Positions 25,305 through 34,486 of a DNA stretch of 36,880 bases are shown in pieces. This DNA is from a bacterium (lineage in GTDB: Bacteria > RBG-13-61-14 > DATKZS01). Within the stretch, counting starts at the first letter, position 1; the number at the start of each line of letters is the position of its first letter. The notes beneath the pieces are model-generated. The model saw only the letters and a list, made by a program, of their open reading frames with translations, made no database searches and had not been told where the DNA came from. A program made the translations under genes and the position numbers. The stretch covers positions 1-36,880 of the forward strand of contig JAWOBU010000003.1 of the NCBI GenBank assembly GCA_046484135.1. Direction: 5' to 3'.

Positions 25305-26368
25305 TGGTCACCCACCCTTCTCAAGGCCAGTCCCAGGCTAACGGCTGCCTGGGGCCCTATCTGTTCAAGGTAAGCCGGGTCAAACTGTTTGGGGTTTCTT
25401 TCCACGTTCCGGAAAGGGTCCAATATCTCCACCGGAACATTCTGCTTTTGTTGCAGGGTCTCTGCCAGCCCGGACGTTCGGCATCCTCCTCCGGCCAGCC
25501 AGATCTTGGATACCTGGTCCTCCGAGGCAGTGGCCTGGTAGAAATCGAGGGACTTGGCAACATCAGAGACTATCTGCTCCGACACCCTCCGGATCACTTC
25601 CTCGACTTCCTGCCTCATCACCGCCTCTTCTTCGCCGGTAGCTGACCCGCCTACCTTGAGGATCTCCGCCTCTTCACCGGTCACGCTGAGCTCCTTCATG
25701 ATCTCCTCGGTATAAAGGTTCCCCCCCACGGTAACGTCCCGGGCATACAGGCACTTGCCCCCCTTGGCTATGATCACGTTCACCAGGCTCGCCCCCACGT
25801 TCACCAGCGCCAGCACCTCGTTCTCCATCACCTGGTAGTTCATCTCGTAGCAGTTCATGACGGCAAAGGCGTCCAGGTCCATGACGGCGGCGTTAAGCCC
25901 GGCCTCGCTGATCACCGCCACGTAGTCATTGACCGGGTCTTTCCGAGCGGCGATCAACAGGACCTCCATGTTCCCTTCGTCGTCTCCCGGGTTCAATACT
26001 TCGTGGGCCAGGTACATGTCCGCGATGTTAAAAGGGATCGCCTGCTCAGCCTCCCACTGGATCTGGTCTCCCAGTTCCTCCTCGCTCATGGCAGGCAGGG
26101 TGATCTTGCGGATCATAACCGAGGCCCCGGACACCGAGGTCGCCACGTCCTTGGCCTTGATCTTGCGTTCGCTGATTACGTTTTGGATAGCGTCTACAAT
26201 GGCCCGGGAGTTCATGACCGCCCCGTCCACGATCGCTTCCGCAGGAAGCTCCACCATGCCGAAGTTCTGGAGAATGTACCCCTTTTTGCTCTCCTTAAGC
26301 TCGGCGATCTTGATAGAGCTCGAGCCTATATCAACGCCGATTATTCCCTTCTTGCCTCCTAATGCCAT
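25301..26368 (-). CDS. pilM: Type IV pilus assembly protein PilM (actin-like)
   Basis: IGVDIGSSSIKIAEL, AIVDG, IQWEAEQAIPF, VLLIAARKD, LVNVGAS, LAGGG, AAVSLGLALR. Confidence 0.96.
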   Translation of the reverse strand: MALGGKKGIIGVDIGSSSIKIAELKESKKGYILQNFGMVELPAEAIVDGAVMNSRAIVDAIQNVISERKIKAKDVATSVSGASVMIRKITLPAMSEEELGDQIQWEAEQAIPFNIADMYLAHEVLNPGDDEGNMEVLLIAARKDPVNDYVAVISEAGLNAAVMDLDAFAVMNCYEMNYQVMENEVLALVNVGASLVNVIIAKGGKCLYARDVTVGGNLYTEEIMKELSVTGEEAEILKVGGSATGEEEAVMRQEVEEVIRRVSEQIVSDVAKSLDFYQATASEDQVSKIWLAGGGCRTSGLAETLQQKQNVPVEILDPFRNVERNPKQFDPAYLEQIGPQAAVSLGLALRRVGDQ

Positions 26369-26411
26369 CTAATTCCTCCTGCCCCCATAGGAATAAAGCT
26401 CTCTGCAAAGC

Positions 26412-26663
26412 TCAACTGTTTCCCGTCTGCAGGTCTTTGCTCTTCTTCTTGATCCTGACCTCGTCGTCTCCTGCAAACACCTTATGTTTATCCCCCAGCG
26501 TAAATCCAAGCGCCAAGATTATTTTCCGTTTGGTATCCATTCGACAGTTCTCGCCTCTTTCTATCCGATCTATGGTAAGAGGACTAATACCAGCCTTCCG
26601 GGCCAACTCAGCTTTACTCATGAGCTGAGACTCCCTCAGTTGCCTGACATTATTTTTTCCCAT
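26412..26663 (-). CDS. XRE-family helix-turn-helix regulator heading the pilM operon
   Basis: NNVRQLRESQLMSKAELARKAGISPLTIDRIERGENCRMDTKRKIILALG; probable ATG at 26663. Confidence 0.9.
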   Translation of the reverse strand: MGKNNVRQLRESQLMSKAELARKAGISPLTIDRIERGENCRMDTKRKIILALGFTLGDKHKVFAGDDEVRIKKKSKDLQTGNS

Positions 26664-27216
26664 CGCTACCTGCCCTTGCTTCAAAATTTGCCTGGCACAA
26701 AAAGCCTACTCTGCTGATTATAATTTTGAAGCAATCACCACATAATTGTCAAGGAATTTTTTATAATTATCTATAATTTCTTACAAGTTAATATTAATTT
26801 TCGCACATGTTGGGGATATTAAACATTAATGACCCTATATATAGATAAAACAAAAAAGGGCTTTTTATCGGCTCCAACCTCAAAGATCCCCATTTTTACA
26901 TCAAAATTCTATTTTTATGTTAAATGGGTCCTCAGGCGAAGAATCCCGGAAACACCGCCCCTTCTTTCTAAACTTATTCACAACTAAAGTTTAAGCTTTT
27001 CAGTATTTAACCATAAACCGGAAGCTGCAATAAATTTAGACACACTTTTACGCCCAGGGGATTCAAAATTCGGATCAACGTATTTAAAAGCGGGTTACTG
27101 AACAATGTACATGAGCGAGACAGAATTTGTGCTGCTCCTCATAAAGGCTGTTTTGCGCATTCTCGGCTGCCGGCGGGGAGGAGCCGGGCCAGTTCCCGCC
27201 TTTTCCCTGTTCCCCG

Positions 27217-27267
27217 CCTGTCTGCCCTGTCTGCGTGCCTGTCTGCGTGCGGAACGCACAGGCAGGC
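27217..27267. repeat. REP-like palindrome with triplicated left arm
   Basis: CCTGTCTGC occurs at 27217, 27226 and 27238; 27237-27267 folds as GCCTGTCT(GC)GTGCG-GAA-CGCACAGGCAGGC. Confidence 0.6.
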
Positions 27268-27433
27268 TGGAAGCCCTGAAAGCGATAAACGCATCTTTCT
27301 ATCCACCCACACTAAAATACGTTGAAAAATTCGGGCAGGCCCGGTTGTCATTGGTTAGGTAGGCAGCGGCCCTCTCTAAGGCGCCGACGCAGGGGAATAA
27401 ACCTCACATGGCAGGGGCGACTCTTTTACGCCT

Positions 27434-28363
27434 TTATCGCACGGAAAAGCTCACGGTTCGGGTCTGGCTTCCCCCATGGCCGTCGGAGACAGCAAAACTG
27501 ATGTCATAACCGCCCTTTTCCTCGGGCATGGGAACCTCGATGACCAGGGTGTTGCCCTGCATGCTGGCGGAGGTTCCCTTCGGGGCCTTGTTGACTTTGA
27601 AGTTCAGCCGGTCTCCGTCCTTGTCGCGGGCGGGGGTCCGCACGATGATCCTGTCCGGATGCTTTTCCATCTGTGTGGTCTCCAGGACCGGCCCAGCGTT
27701 AACAACCGGGTATACCTTGGAGTTCACCGTGCTTTCCCGCGGAAACTGTTCATCAAGGCTGGCCTCTACATAGACCCGGTCTCCCCGGCGAAAGTGGTCG
27801 GAAGAAAGCTCGGTTTCTTCCGGGCCCTCTTTTACAACCTCATCGTTTACAAACCACCGGTAATACACCCGGTATACGTCCGCGGGATCAACATCACCGT
27901 AATCCACCTCGGCGCTCAGGTCCGTAGTAGTTATTAGGTCCTGAGGAGAAATGCTGACTCCGCCTAAATCGGGGGGAGGAGCTTCTCCCAGAACCACGGT
28001 GTTTGATTTCTTCCAGCCGCTTTCCCGGTCCGAGTCTTTCTCCCGGGCAAGGACCTTAAGATATATCTTCGTGCCGGCCTCCATGCCGGCGGTGGAAAGC
28101 GTTTTGCCGCTCTCGTCCTGCACCTCGTCGTTTGCGAACCACTTATACTCGTACTCCACCTCGTCCAGCTCGTAATCCCGTACTTCCACCAGGGCCTCCA
28201 ACTCCTCCCCCGGCGTGGCAGAGGCAGGAAATATCTTTACCTTCATAAGCTGGGGCGGCCGGTTCTCGGACTTGACATCCCCTTCTTCACCCGTGTCGCA
28301 CCCTGTAAAACCGAAGGTAACCGTTCCAACCAAGACCAACGCCGCTAATACCATCTTTTTCAT
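27434..28363 (-). CDS. Lipoprotein with three Ig/cadherin-like repeats
   Basis: Lipobox FTGC; repeats NRPP..V.I.P...D...Y.WF.NDEV (x2) and NAGP...RDKDGDRLNF...VSDGHGG; GGAGG RBS. Confidence 0.8.
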   Translation of the reverse strand: MKKMVLAALVLVGTVTFGFTGCDTGEEGDVKSENRPPQLMKVKIFPASATPGEELEALVEVRDYELDEVEYEYKWFANDEVQDESGKTLSTAGMEAGTKIYLKVLAREKDSDRESGWKKSNTVVLGEAPPPDLGGVSISPQDLITTTDLSAEVDYGDVDPADVYRVYYRWFVNDEVVKEGPEETELSSDHFRRGDRVYVEASLDEQFPRESTVNSKVYPVVNAGPVLETTQMEKHPDRIIVRTPARDKDGDRLNFKVNKAPKGTSASMQGNTLVIEVPMPEEKGGYDISFAVSDGHGGSQTRTVSFSVR

Positions 28364-28530
28364 AGCATCCTCCCTGGCACGAGTTCCCTTTCCTGATTAC
28401 ACCTGTTACAAGTAATACCACATCCGCTCCTGCCGTTCAATACCTGAACATGTAACAAGAAAACCCGCGGCAGCCGATTTGGTAAATCCGTAATCAACTG
28501 CTAAATTAAACCTCCGGAGGATTTCCCCAC

Positions 28531-30123
28531 ATGTCCGGAGAAAGAAACATGAGCGAGAAACTGAAAGTTATGGCGGAGTCGGTCCGCTCGGCTTACGCCG
28601 CGGGCGAAGAGGACGAACAGCTCCTTCCCCGCGTCCTGGTTGACGCGGAGGGCGCGCCCGTGGGCAGAATCGGGGACGGCGACCTTGTGATCTTTTATGA
28701 CATCCGGGGCGAGAGGGAGATCGAGCTTACCAGCGCCTTTATCGAACCGGACTTTCCTCACTTTGACACCGGCGGAAGGGTGGCCCGCTTTACCACCATG
28801 ATCGAGTACCACTCCGAGCTGCCGGTAAAGGTGGCTTTCCCCCCGGAGACGCGCATCCGGGGAACCATGGTGGAAACCATAACCTCGGCGGGCATGAAGC
28901 TCTCCAAGGTGGTCGAGTCGGAAAAGGCCATCCACCTTTCCTATTTTTTGAACGGAAAGCGGGAGGCCCCCTTCCCGGGCGAGGACATGGAGGTTATCGA
29001 GTCTCCCCGCGACGTGAACAACCATGACGAAAAACCGGAGATGGCCTCCCGAAAGGTCGCGGACAAGGTCATCGAAAAGCTCCGGGGAGATTCATCCGTA
29101 ATTGTCGTCAACTTCGCCAACGTGGACGTGCTCGCCCACATCGAGAACGAGAACGCGGTCATCCAGGGCATCGAAGCGGTGGACCGGGAGCTGGGCCGGG
29201 TGCTTTCCGAAGCGCGCAGTCAGGGAGTAACCGCACTGGTAACAGCGGACCACGGCAGTGCGGAGAAATGGTACTACCCGGACGGCACCGTGGACACGGG
29301 CCATACCAACTCGCCCGTGCCTTTTGTACTGGCGGACGACAACATGAAAAACGCGAAGCTCGAACCGGGCGGGGACCTTACCTGGGTGGCGCCCACCGTG
29401 CTCTCGCTTCTGGGACTTAAAAAGCCGGAAGAGATGACCGGACAAAGCCTTGTAAAAAGCGATACGGACATGCGGGCCAACCGCCTCCTGCTGGTCATCC
29501 TGGACGGGTGGGGATACTCTGACGACGATTTCGGCAACCTGGTCCGAAAAGCCGATACTCCGACAATGGACGGCCTGCAGGCGGAGTACCCTTTTACCAC
29601 CATCCTTGCCAGCGGCGAATGGGTGGGCATGCCCGAAGGAAAGGTGGGCAACTCCGAGGCAGGCCACCTCCATATGGGAGCGGGAAGGCGCATCCTCTCC
29701 GACCGGCTCCGGATAGACAACGCTATTGCCGAGGGGTCCTTCCATGACAACCAGGCCCTGTTGGCCCCCATGCAGGCCGCGGTCGAGGAAGGCAGGCCCC
29801 TCCATCTTCTGGGCATTGTCAGCTTCTACTCCAGCCACGGGTCAGTGGACCATCTGTATGCCCTCCTGGAGATGGCCAAACAAAAAGGGGTAAGCACGGT
29901 CTATCATCACGCTCTGCTGGGAAGGCGGGGCGAGCGGCCGGAAGCGGGCGCCCGCTACATAGACGACGTGGAGCGCTTCTGCGAAAAGCTGGGCCTGGGC
30001 CGCGTGGTTACGGTCATGGGCCGGTTCTGGGCCCTGGACCGGGAGGACAACTGGAACCGGGTGGAAAAGGCCTATCGCGCGCTCGCGGACGGGCAGGGAG
30101 TGCACGTGCCCGACCGGAGTTGA
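28531..30123 (+). CDS. gpmI: Circularly permuted 2,3-bisphosphoglycerate-independent phosphoglycerate mutase (iPGM/GpmI) homologue
   Basis: Canonical C-terminal-half motifs come first (AY..GEEDEQ, DGDLVIF.DIRGER, ESEK..H, NFANVDVLAH, TADHG, GHT, DL..VAPTVL.LLG, EMTGQSL). Canonical N-terminal motifs follow (LLVILDGWG, ASG..VGMPEGKVGNSEAGH..MGAGR, GRFWALDRE.NW.RV). Start 28531 or 28549. Confidence 0.88.
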   Translation: MSGERNMSEKLKVMAESVRSAYAAGEEDEQLLPRVLVDAEGAPVGRIGDGDLVIFYDIRGEREIELTSAFIEPDFPHFDTGGRVARFTTMIEYHSELPVKVAFPPETRIRGTMVETITSAGMKLSKVVESEKAIHLSYFLNGKREAPFPGEDMEVIESPRDVNNHDEKPEMASRKVADKVIEKLRGDSSVIVVNFANVDVLAHIENENAVIQGIEAVDRELGRVLSEARSQGVTALVTADHGSAEKWYYPDGTVDTGHTNSPVPFVLADDNMKNAKLEPGGDLTWVAPTVLSLLGLKKPEEMTGQSLVKSDTDMRANRLLLVILDGWGYSDDDFGNLVRKADTPTMDGLQAEYPFTTILASGEWVGMPEGKVGNSEAGHLHMGAGRRILSDRLRIDNAIAEGSFHDNQALLAPMQAAVEEGRPLHLLGIVSFYSSHGSVDHLYALLEMAKQKGVSTVYHHALLGRRGERPEAGARYIDDVERFCEKLGLGRVVTVMGRFWALDREDNWNRVEKAYRALADGQGVHVPDRS

Positions 30124-30181
30124 CCCTGACTTCTCCTGTTTTTTTTAAAGCGATTTTAAAAAATGCTTAAGAAGAGTTGCC

Positions 30182-30204
30182 GTGCGAGCGACTTTAGTCG
30201 CGAT
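30182..30204 (+). repeat. REP-like short palindrome
   Basis: GTGCGA-GCGACT-TT-AGTCGC-GAT; resembles GTRG-class REPs of the form GTRGGAGCGRCTTYAGYCGCGA (from memory). Confidence 0.45.
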
Positions 30205-30221
30205 TAAGAGACGCAATCATT

Positions 30222-31286
30222 TTGGATGCCGTGTTTAACATGGACCAGACCTCCGCCATATCAAGCTCGTGGGCCGTGAAGACCTGGAAGCTGGTCCGGA
30301 AGATCATCTTCCCGGAGTGGCTCTTTAACCGCCGGGTCAGGATATCCCGGTCCGGCTACATGTTCATGTTCCTGGTCGCCCTGATCGGCGTCGCGTCCTT
30401 TAACACCGGCAACAATCTTCTCTACCTGGTCCTGGCCATGCTGCTTTCCACCATGCTTTTTTCCTTCTCCATATCCGAGTACATGATCGCAGGCGTCCGC
30501 ATAGAACGACACCCCCCGGACACGGTCACTCAAGGAAGGGTCTTCTCTATCAGCTATACCATTAAAAACCGAAACCGGCTGGTCCCGGCGCTCGCGCTCC
30601 AGGTGCGGGAGAAGATGGGGAACGAAGAAGTCATGGCCTACTTGCCCTACCTTACCGCAGGGGAGGAGCGCAGTATAAAGGGCAGGTCGCTGGCCTCACG
30701 CCGCGGCAGAATAAATTTCCGGGAAACCCTTATCTCCACCTCCGCGCCGCTGGGACTGTTTAAAAAAGCCAAGAAGGCCCGCCTGCCGGGGGAAGTGATC
30801 GCCCTGCCCTCCTGCCGAATTTCCGAGGAAGACCGGGAGCTGGCGGCGAGCCGCGGCGCCCAGGTATCAAGGCACCGGCGGGGCCGTGGTGATGAGCTGT
30901 TCGGATTTCGGGAGTACGTGCGAGGAGACCGGGTCAAGGACATTCACTGGAAAACCAGCGCCCGCCGCGGCAAGCTTATGATAAAAGAGAGAGAACAGGA
31001 AGAGGAGCGAAAGGTCCGCATTATGCTGACTGTACCTGTTTCCCGGCGTCCCGGCCGGGACGAGACGGTTGAAGAAGCCGTGCACAAGGCCGCTTCCCTG
31101 GCCGCGTCCGCAGTAGAGTCGGGATGGATGGTCCGGGTGGAAGCAAACCAAAAAGGGGTGGACTACGGCAGCGGATGGGGCCACCTTCAGGCAGTGCTCT
31201 ACTTCCTCGCCCTGTTCGACGATCCGGACACTCCCACGGGCATTCCCCTGCCGCCGGACGACGCGCCCGCCATAACCGTGCCTTGA
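30222..31286 (+). CDS. DUF58 domain membrane protein
   Basis: ASFNTGNNLLYLV TM hairpin, RRGR, APLGLF, GRGDELFGFREYVRGD.VKDIHWKTSAR.GKLMIKE. Start may be ATG 30240. Confidence 0.88.
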   Translation: MDAVFNMDQTSAISSSWAVKTWKLVRKIIFPEWLFNRRVRISRSGYMFMFLVALIGVASFNTGNNLLYLVLAMLLSTMLFSFSISEYMIAGVRIERHPPDTVTQGRVFSISYTIKNRNRLVPALALQVREKMGNEEVMAYLPYLTAGEERSIKGRSLASRRGRINFRETLISTSAPLGLFKKAKKARLPGEVIALPSCRISEEDRELAASRGAQVSRHRRGRGDELFGFREYVRGDRVKDIHWKTSARRGKLMIKEREQEEERKVRIMLTVPVSRRPGRDETVEEAVHKAASLAASAVESGWMVRVEANQKGVDYGSGWGHLQAVLYFLALFDDPDTPTGIPLPPDDAPAITVP

Positions 31287-31292
31287 GCAGGT

Positions 31293-31778
31293 TTACTCGC
31301 TGCCGTAAAGAAGCTCTTCCGCCTCTGCTATGACCTCAAGGAACCCTTCAGAGGTCTCCTGCTCTTTAAGCCGGGTGAGGAACTCGGGCTGGCGCGCCAG
31401 CCTCGCGATCCGGGCCAGGAGCTGAAGGTGAAGGCCCACCGCCCCCGGCTTGCCGCCGATAAGAAAAACCACGTCCACCGGCACGCTGTCCAGGGACTTG
31501 TATTCCACCGCGTTAAGCAAAGTGGCGCCGATTACAAAGGTGTCCTCCGTGCCCGGGACCTCGGCGTGAGGGACTGCAAGCCCCCTGCCCACGCCGGTGC
31601 TCATCTCATCCTCTCGCTGTTTAAGGTGCTCAAGGAAAAGCCGGTGGTCTGATACCAGACCCGCTCCCTCCGCCACCTGCGCAAGCGTAAAAAGAAGACT
31701 CTCCCGATCGGAAGCATCAACTCCTATCCGGACGCACGGCTTACTAAGATGCTCGGAAAGTTTCAACTCGCCCGACAA
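31293..31778 (-). CDS. PTS EIIA domain protein (fructose/mannitol/PtsN family)
   Basis: REDEMSTGVGRGLAVPH phospho-His motif, SLDSVPVDVVFL, HLQLLARIARL; GGAGG RBS before TTG. Confidence 0.9.
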   Translation of the reverse strand: MSGELKLSEHLSKPCVRIGVDASDRESLLFTLAQVAEGAGLVSDHRLFLEHLKQREDEMSTGVGRGLAVPHAEVPGTEDTFVIGATLLNAVEYKSLDSVPVDVVFLIGGKPGAVGLHLQLLARIARLARQPEFLTRLKEQETSEGFLEVIAEAEELLYGSE

Positions 31779-32014
31779 AACAACCCCTCCCTTTTCATTG
31801 CCGTAAACTCCTTAATGCCGCGGGGGAGTGCTCGATTACTTTTGAATATCCATCTTGACCATGAAAACCGGACAACCAGCCGCGAAGAACAGAGAAAGCT
31901 CTGCCTCCCTGTTCTTTAATTTACTTATATATATATTATAATCAAGCTCCAGGATATCAAGAGGCAGTGATTTTCTCCTTGCTTTTAAAAGAGTCCGGCA
32001 AAAAGGTCAAAAAT

Positions 32015-32977
32015 TTGAAAAAGATCGTTATAGGAACGCGGGGAAGCAAGCTGGCGTTGTGGCAGGCAAACTGGGTACAAGATCGGCTCCGGGAGCTCGT
32101 GCCCGAGATCGAGCTCGAGGTTTCAACTATCAAAACCGAGGGAGACGAAAGACACGACCTGTCCCCCGAAGCCTTTGGCAAGGAAGGCATCTTTACCGCA
32201 GAGCTAGACCGGGCGCTCCTGGAAGAGCGCATTGACATTGCAGTGCACAGCCTGAAAGACCTTCCCACCCGGCTGCCCGAAGGTCTCACAGTGGCTGCCT
32301 GCACTGAAAGGGGAGCAGTCGGTGATACCCTTATTATCCGCTCGGACCGCCTACCTCCCGGCGCCGGAGATCAAGTACCGCTGGAAGATATAATCGAATC
32401 AATGAACCCGGACCTTACAGTGGGAACATCCAGCCTGCGCAGGATCGCCCAGCTCAAAAACGCGTTTCCAAGACTCTCGTTCGCTCCCATGCGCGGCAAC
32501 CTGGACACCAGGGTAAGAAAGCTCTCGGAAGGACACGTGGACGCACTGGTGGTGGCGAGCGCGGGCCTTGCCAGGCTGAGTGTCAAGACCGATCCCCACC
32601 TGGCCCTTGCCCTGCCTTTCCGTCTGGTCCTGCCTGCTGCGGGGCAGGGTTCGCTGGGTCTGGAAACCAGGGAGGAAGGAGAAGCCCGCGAGATCGCAAA
32701 GCTTATCAATCATTCCGAGACTTCCATTGCCGTGCGCGCGGAACGGAAGGCCATGTCAGCCCTGGGAGCCGGCTGCCGGGTGCCGGCCGGCTTTTTGGCC
32801 ACGGTGCAGAACGGCCGGCTCCATCTCCGGGGAGTGGTGGCCCATGTTGACGGCGAGCCTCTCTTGCGGGCCGAAGTGGAGGACTCAGCGGACAACTTCG
32901 ATTCCGCGGGCCGCGCCCTGGCCGAGGACCTCCTTCAAAAAGGAGCGGAAGATATCCTGAAGGAGGTCCGGGAATGA
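32015..32977 (+). CDS. hemC: Hydroxymethylbilane synthase (porphobilinogen deaminase)
   Basis: IGTRGSKLALWQA, GIFTAEL, DIAVHSLKDLP, VGTSSLRR, RGNLDTR, PAAGQG, AER...LGAGCRVP; probable TTG start at 32015. Confidence 0.96.
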   Translation: MKKIVIGTRGSKLALWQANWVQDRLRELVPEIELEVSTIKTEGDERHDLSPEAFGKEGIFTAELDRALLEERIDIAVHSLKDLPTRLPEGLTVAACTERGAVGDTLIIRSDRLPPGAGDQVPLEDIIESMNPDLTVGTSSLRRIAQLKNAFPRLSFAPMRGNLDTRVRKLSEGHVDALVVASAGLARLSVKTDPHLALALPFRLVLPAAGQGSLGLETREEGEAREIAKLINHSETSIAVRAERKAMSALGAGCRVPAGFLATVQNGRLHLRGVVAHVDGEPLLRAEVEDSADNFDSAGRALAEDLLQKGAEDILKEVRE

Positions 32978-34470
32978 CCGGCTTTGTCTATATCGCGGGG
33001 GCGGGACCGGGAGACCCCGGCCTGCTCACACTCCGGGCGGCCGAGGTCATCTCGCGGGCGGACATAATCTTTTTCGACCAGTTGGTGGACGAAAGGATTA
33101 GAGAGACGTTCCCTCCGCAAGCGGAGCAGTACTTCGTGGGCAAAGAAGGCGGGACCCACTTTGTAACCCAGGAGCGCATCCTGGAGCTCTTGGTGGAAGA
33201 GGCACAAAAGGGCAAACAGGTGGTGCGCCTTAAAGGTGGAGACCCTTATGTATTCGGCAGGGGAGGCGAAGAAGCAGAGGCGTGCGCCCAGGCGGGAATA
33301 GGCTTCGAGATCGTGCCCGGCGTTACCGCAGGGGTGGCGGCCGCAGCTTACGCGGGCATGCCCGTAACCCACCGGGACGCCTCCGCCAGCCTGGCCTTTA
33401 TCACCGGGCATCGCCGCGATGATAAGGAAGGACTCGAGATACCAGCGCCTCAGGCAGACACCCTGGTTTACTACATGGGCGTCAAGAACCTGCCCGCGGT
33501 GGTGGAGGCGCTATTGGCCTCCGGCAGAAAAGAAGGTACTCCCGTGGCCCTGGTCCGACACGGGACCACACCCCGGCAGGAGACCGTAACCGGGACCCTG
33601 CAAGACATTGTCCAAAAGGTAGAAGACCAGGGACTCAAACCGCCGGCCATAATCATCGTCGGCGACATTGTCCGCTATCGCGACAAGCTCCGCTGGTACG
33701 ACCGGCGGCCGCTTTTCGGATGGACCGTGCTTATCACCCGGCCGCGGCATCAGGCCGCGGAGCTCCGGCAGAGGCTCGAAGAAAAAGGCGCGGGCGTCAT
33801 GTCGGTCCCTGCCATTGAAATTCAGGGACTGCCGGATTACACCGACCTGGACCGGGCCATGGCCGGACTTTCCGAGTTCGACTACCTGGTCTTTACCAGC
33901 GTGAACGGTGTGGACGCCTTCTTCCAGAGGCTTTTTGAAAAAGGGGGGGACACGCGGGACCTGGCGGGCCTTACCACCGTGTGCATCGGTCCGCGCACCG
34001 CGCGCGAGCTTAAAAGCTACAGCGTAAACTGCGACCTTATGCCCGAGAAGTTCGTGGCCGAAAGCCTGCTGGAGTCTTTTCCGGAAGACCTGTCCGGCAA
34101 AAGGGTGCTCATTCCCCGCGCGCTCGAAGCGCGGGAGATACTTCCGGAAGGATTACAGGAGCGGGGCGCCGACGTTCACCTGGTCCCTGCCTATCGCACG
34201 GTGGGCGCGGAAGACGTGGCCGAAGTTCCGGACCACGCGGACATAGCGGTGTTCACCTCGAGCTCGACCGTGGATCACTTCCTCAAGCGCGCCCGGCTGC
34301 CAGAGGGCTGCCGCACCGCCTGCATCGGACCCATAACAGCACAGACCATAAGGGAGCACGGCCTTTCAGTAGACATCGAGGCAGAGGCACACACCATTCC
34401 CGGAGTAGTGGAAGCTATCGAGAGCTTTGTAAAAGCCAATAAAAATCAAAGCGGGCCGACAGGCCACTAA
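32974..34470 (+). CDS. cobA: Uroporphyrinogen-III C-methyltransferase / uroporphyrinogen-III synthase fusion (CobA-HemD)
   Basis: GAGPGDPGLLT, VVRLKGGDP.VFGRGGEE, PGVTA, THR, then RPLFG.TVLITRP, VFTSVNGV, IGP.TA, FTSSSTV. Confidence 0.95.
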   Translation: MTGFVYIAGAGPGDPGLLTLRAAEVISRADIIFFDQLVDERIRETFPPQAEQYFVGKEGGTHFVTQERILELLVEEAQKGKQVVRLKGGDPYVFGRGGEEAEACAQAGIGFEIVPGVTAGVAAAAYAGMPVTHRDASASLAFITGHRRDDKEGLEIPAPQADTLVYYMGVKNLPAVVEALLASGRKEGTPVALVRHGTTPRQETVTGTLQDIVQKVEDQGLKPPAIIIVGDIVRYRDKLRWYDRRPLFGWTVLITRPRHQAAELRQRLEEKGAGVMSVPAIEIQGLPDYTDLDRAMAGLSEFDYLVFTSVNGVDAFFQRLFEKGGDTRDLAGLTTVCIGPRTARELKSYSVNCDLMPEKFVAESLLESFPEDLSGKRVLIPRALEAREILPEGLQERGADVHLVPAYRTVGAEDVAEVPDHADIAVFTSSSTVDHFLKRARLPEGCRTACIGPITAQTIREHGLSVDIEAEAHTIPGVVEAIESFVKANKNQSGPTGH

Positions 34471-34486
34471 AAAGGGTGAGATATAA

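Noticed and set aside
27105..27362. Short ORFs 27105-27362 (+) and 27139-27351 (-)
   Set aside because: No clear RBS or recognisable domain; the translation is dominated by the palindromic repeat (PACLPCLRACLRAERTGR).
26700..27430. GEMM-I riboswitch upstream of XRE-pilM, as reported for Geobacter
   Set aside because: No GGCAAA-stem-GAAA-stem-ACGCAAAGC core on the minus strand; the AGCGGGTTAC near 27089 is on the wrong strand and isolated.
28404..28457. TGTTACA...TGTAACA inverted repeat in the divergent region before gpmI
   Set aside because: 7-bp arms 40 nt apart could arise by chance; no regulator could be assigned.
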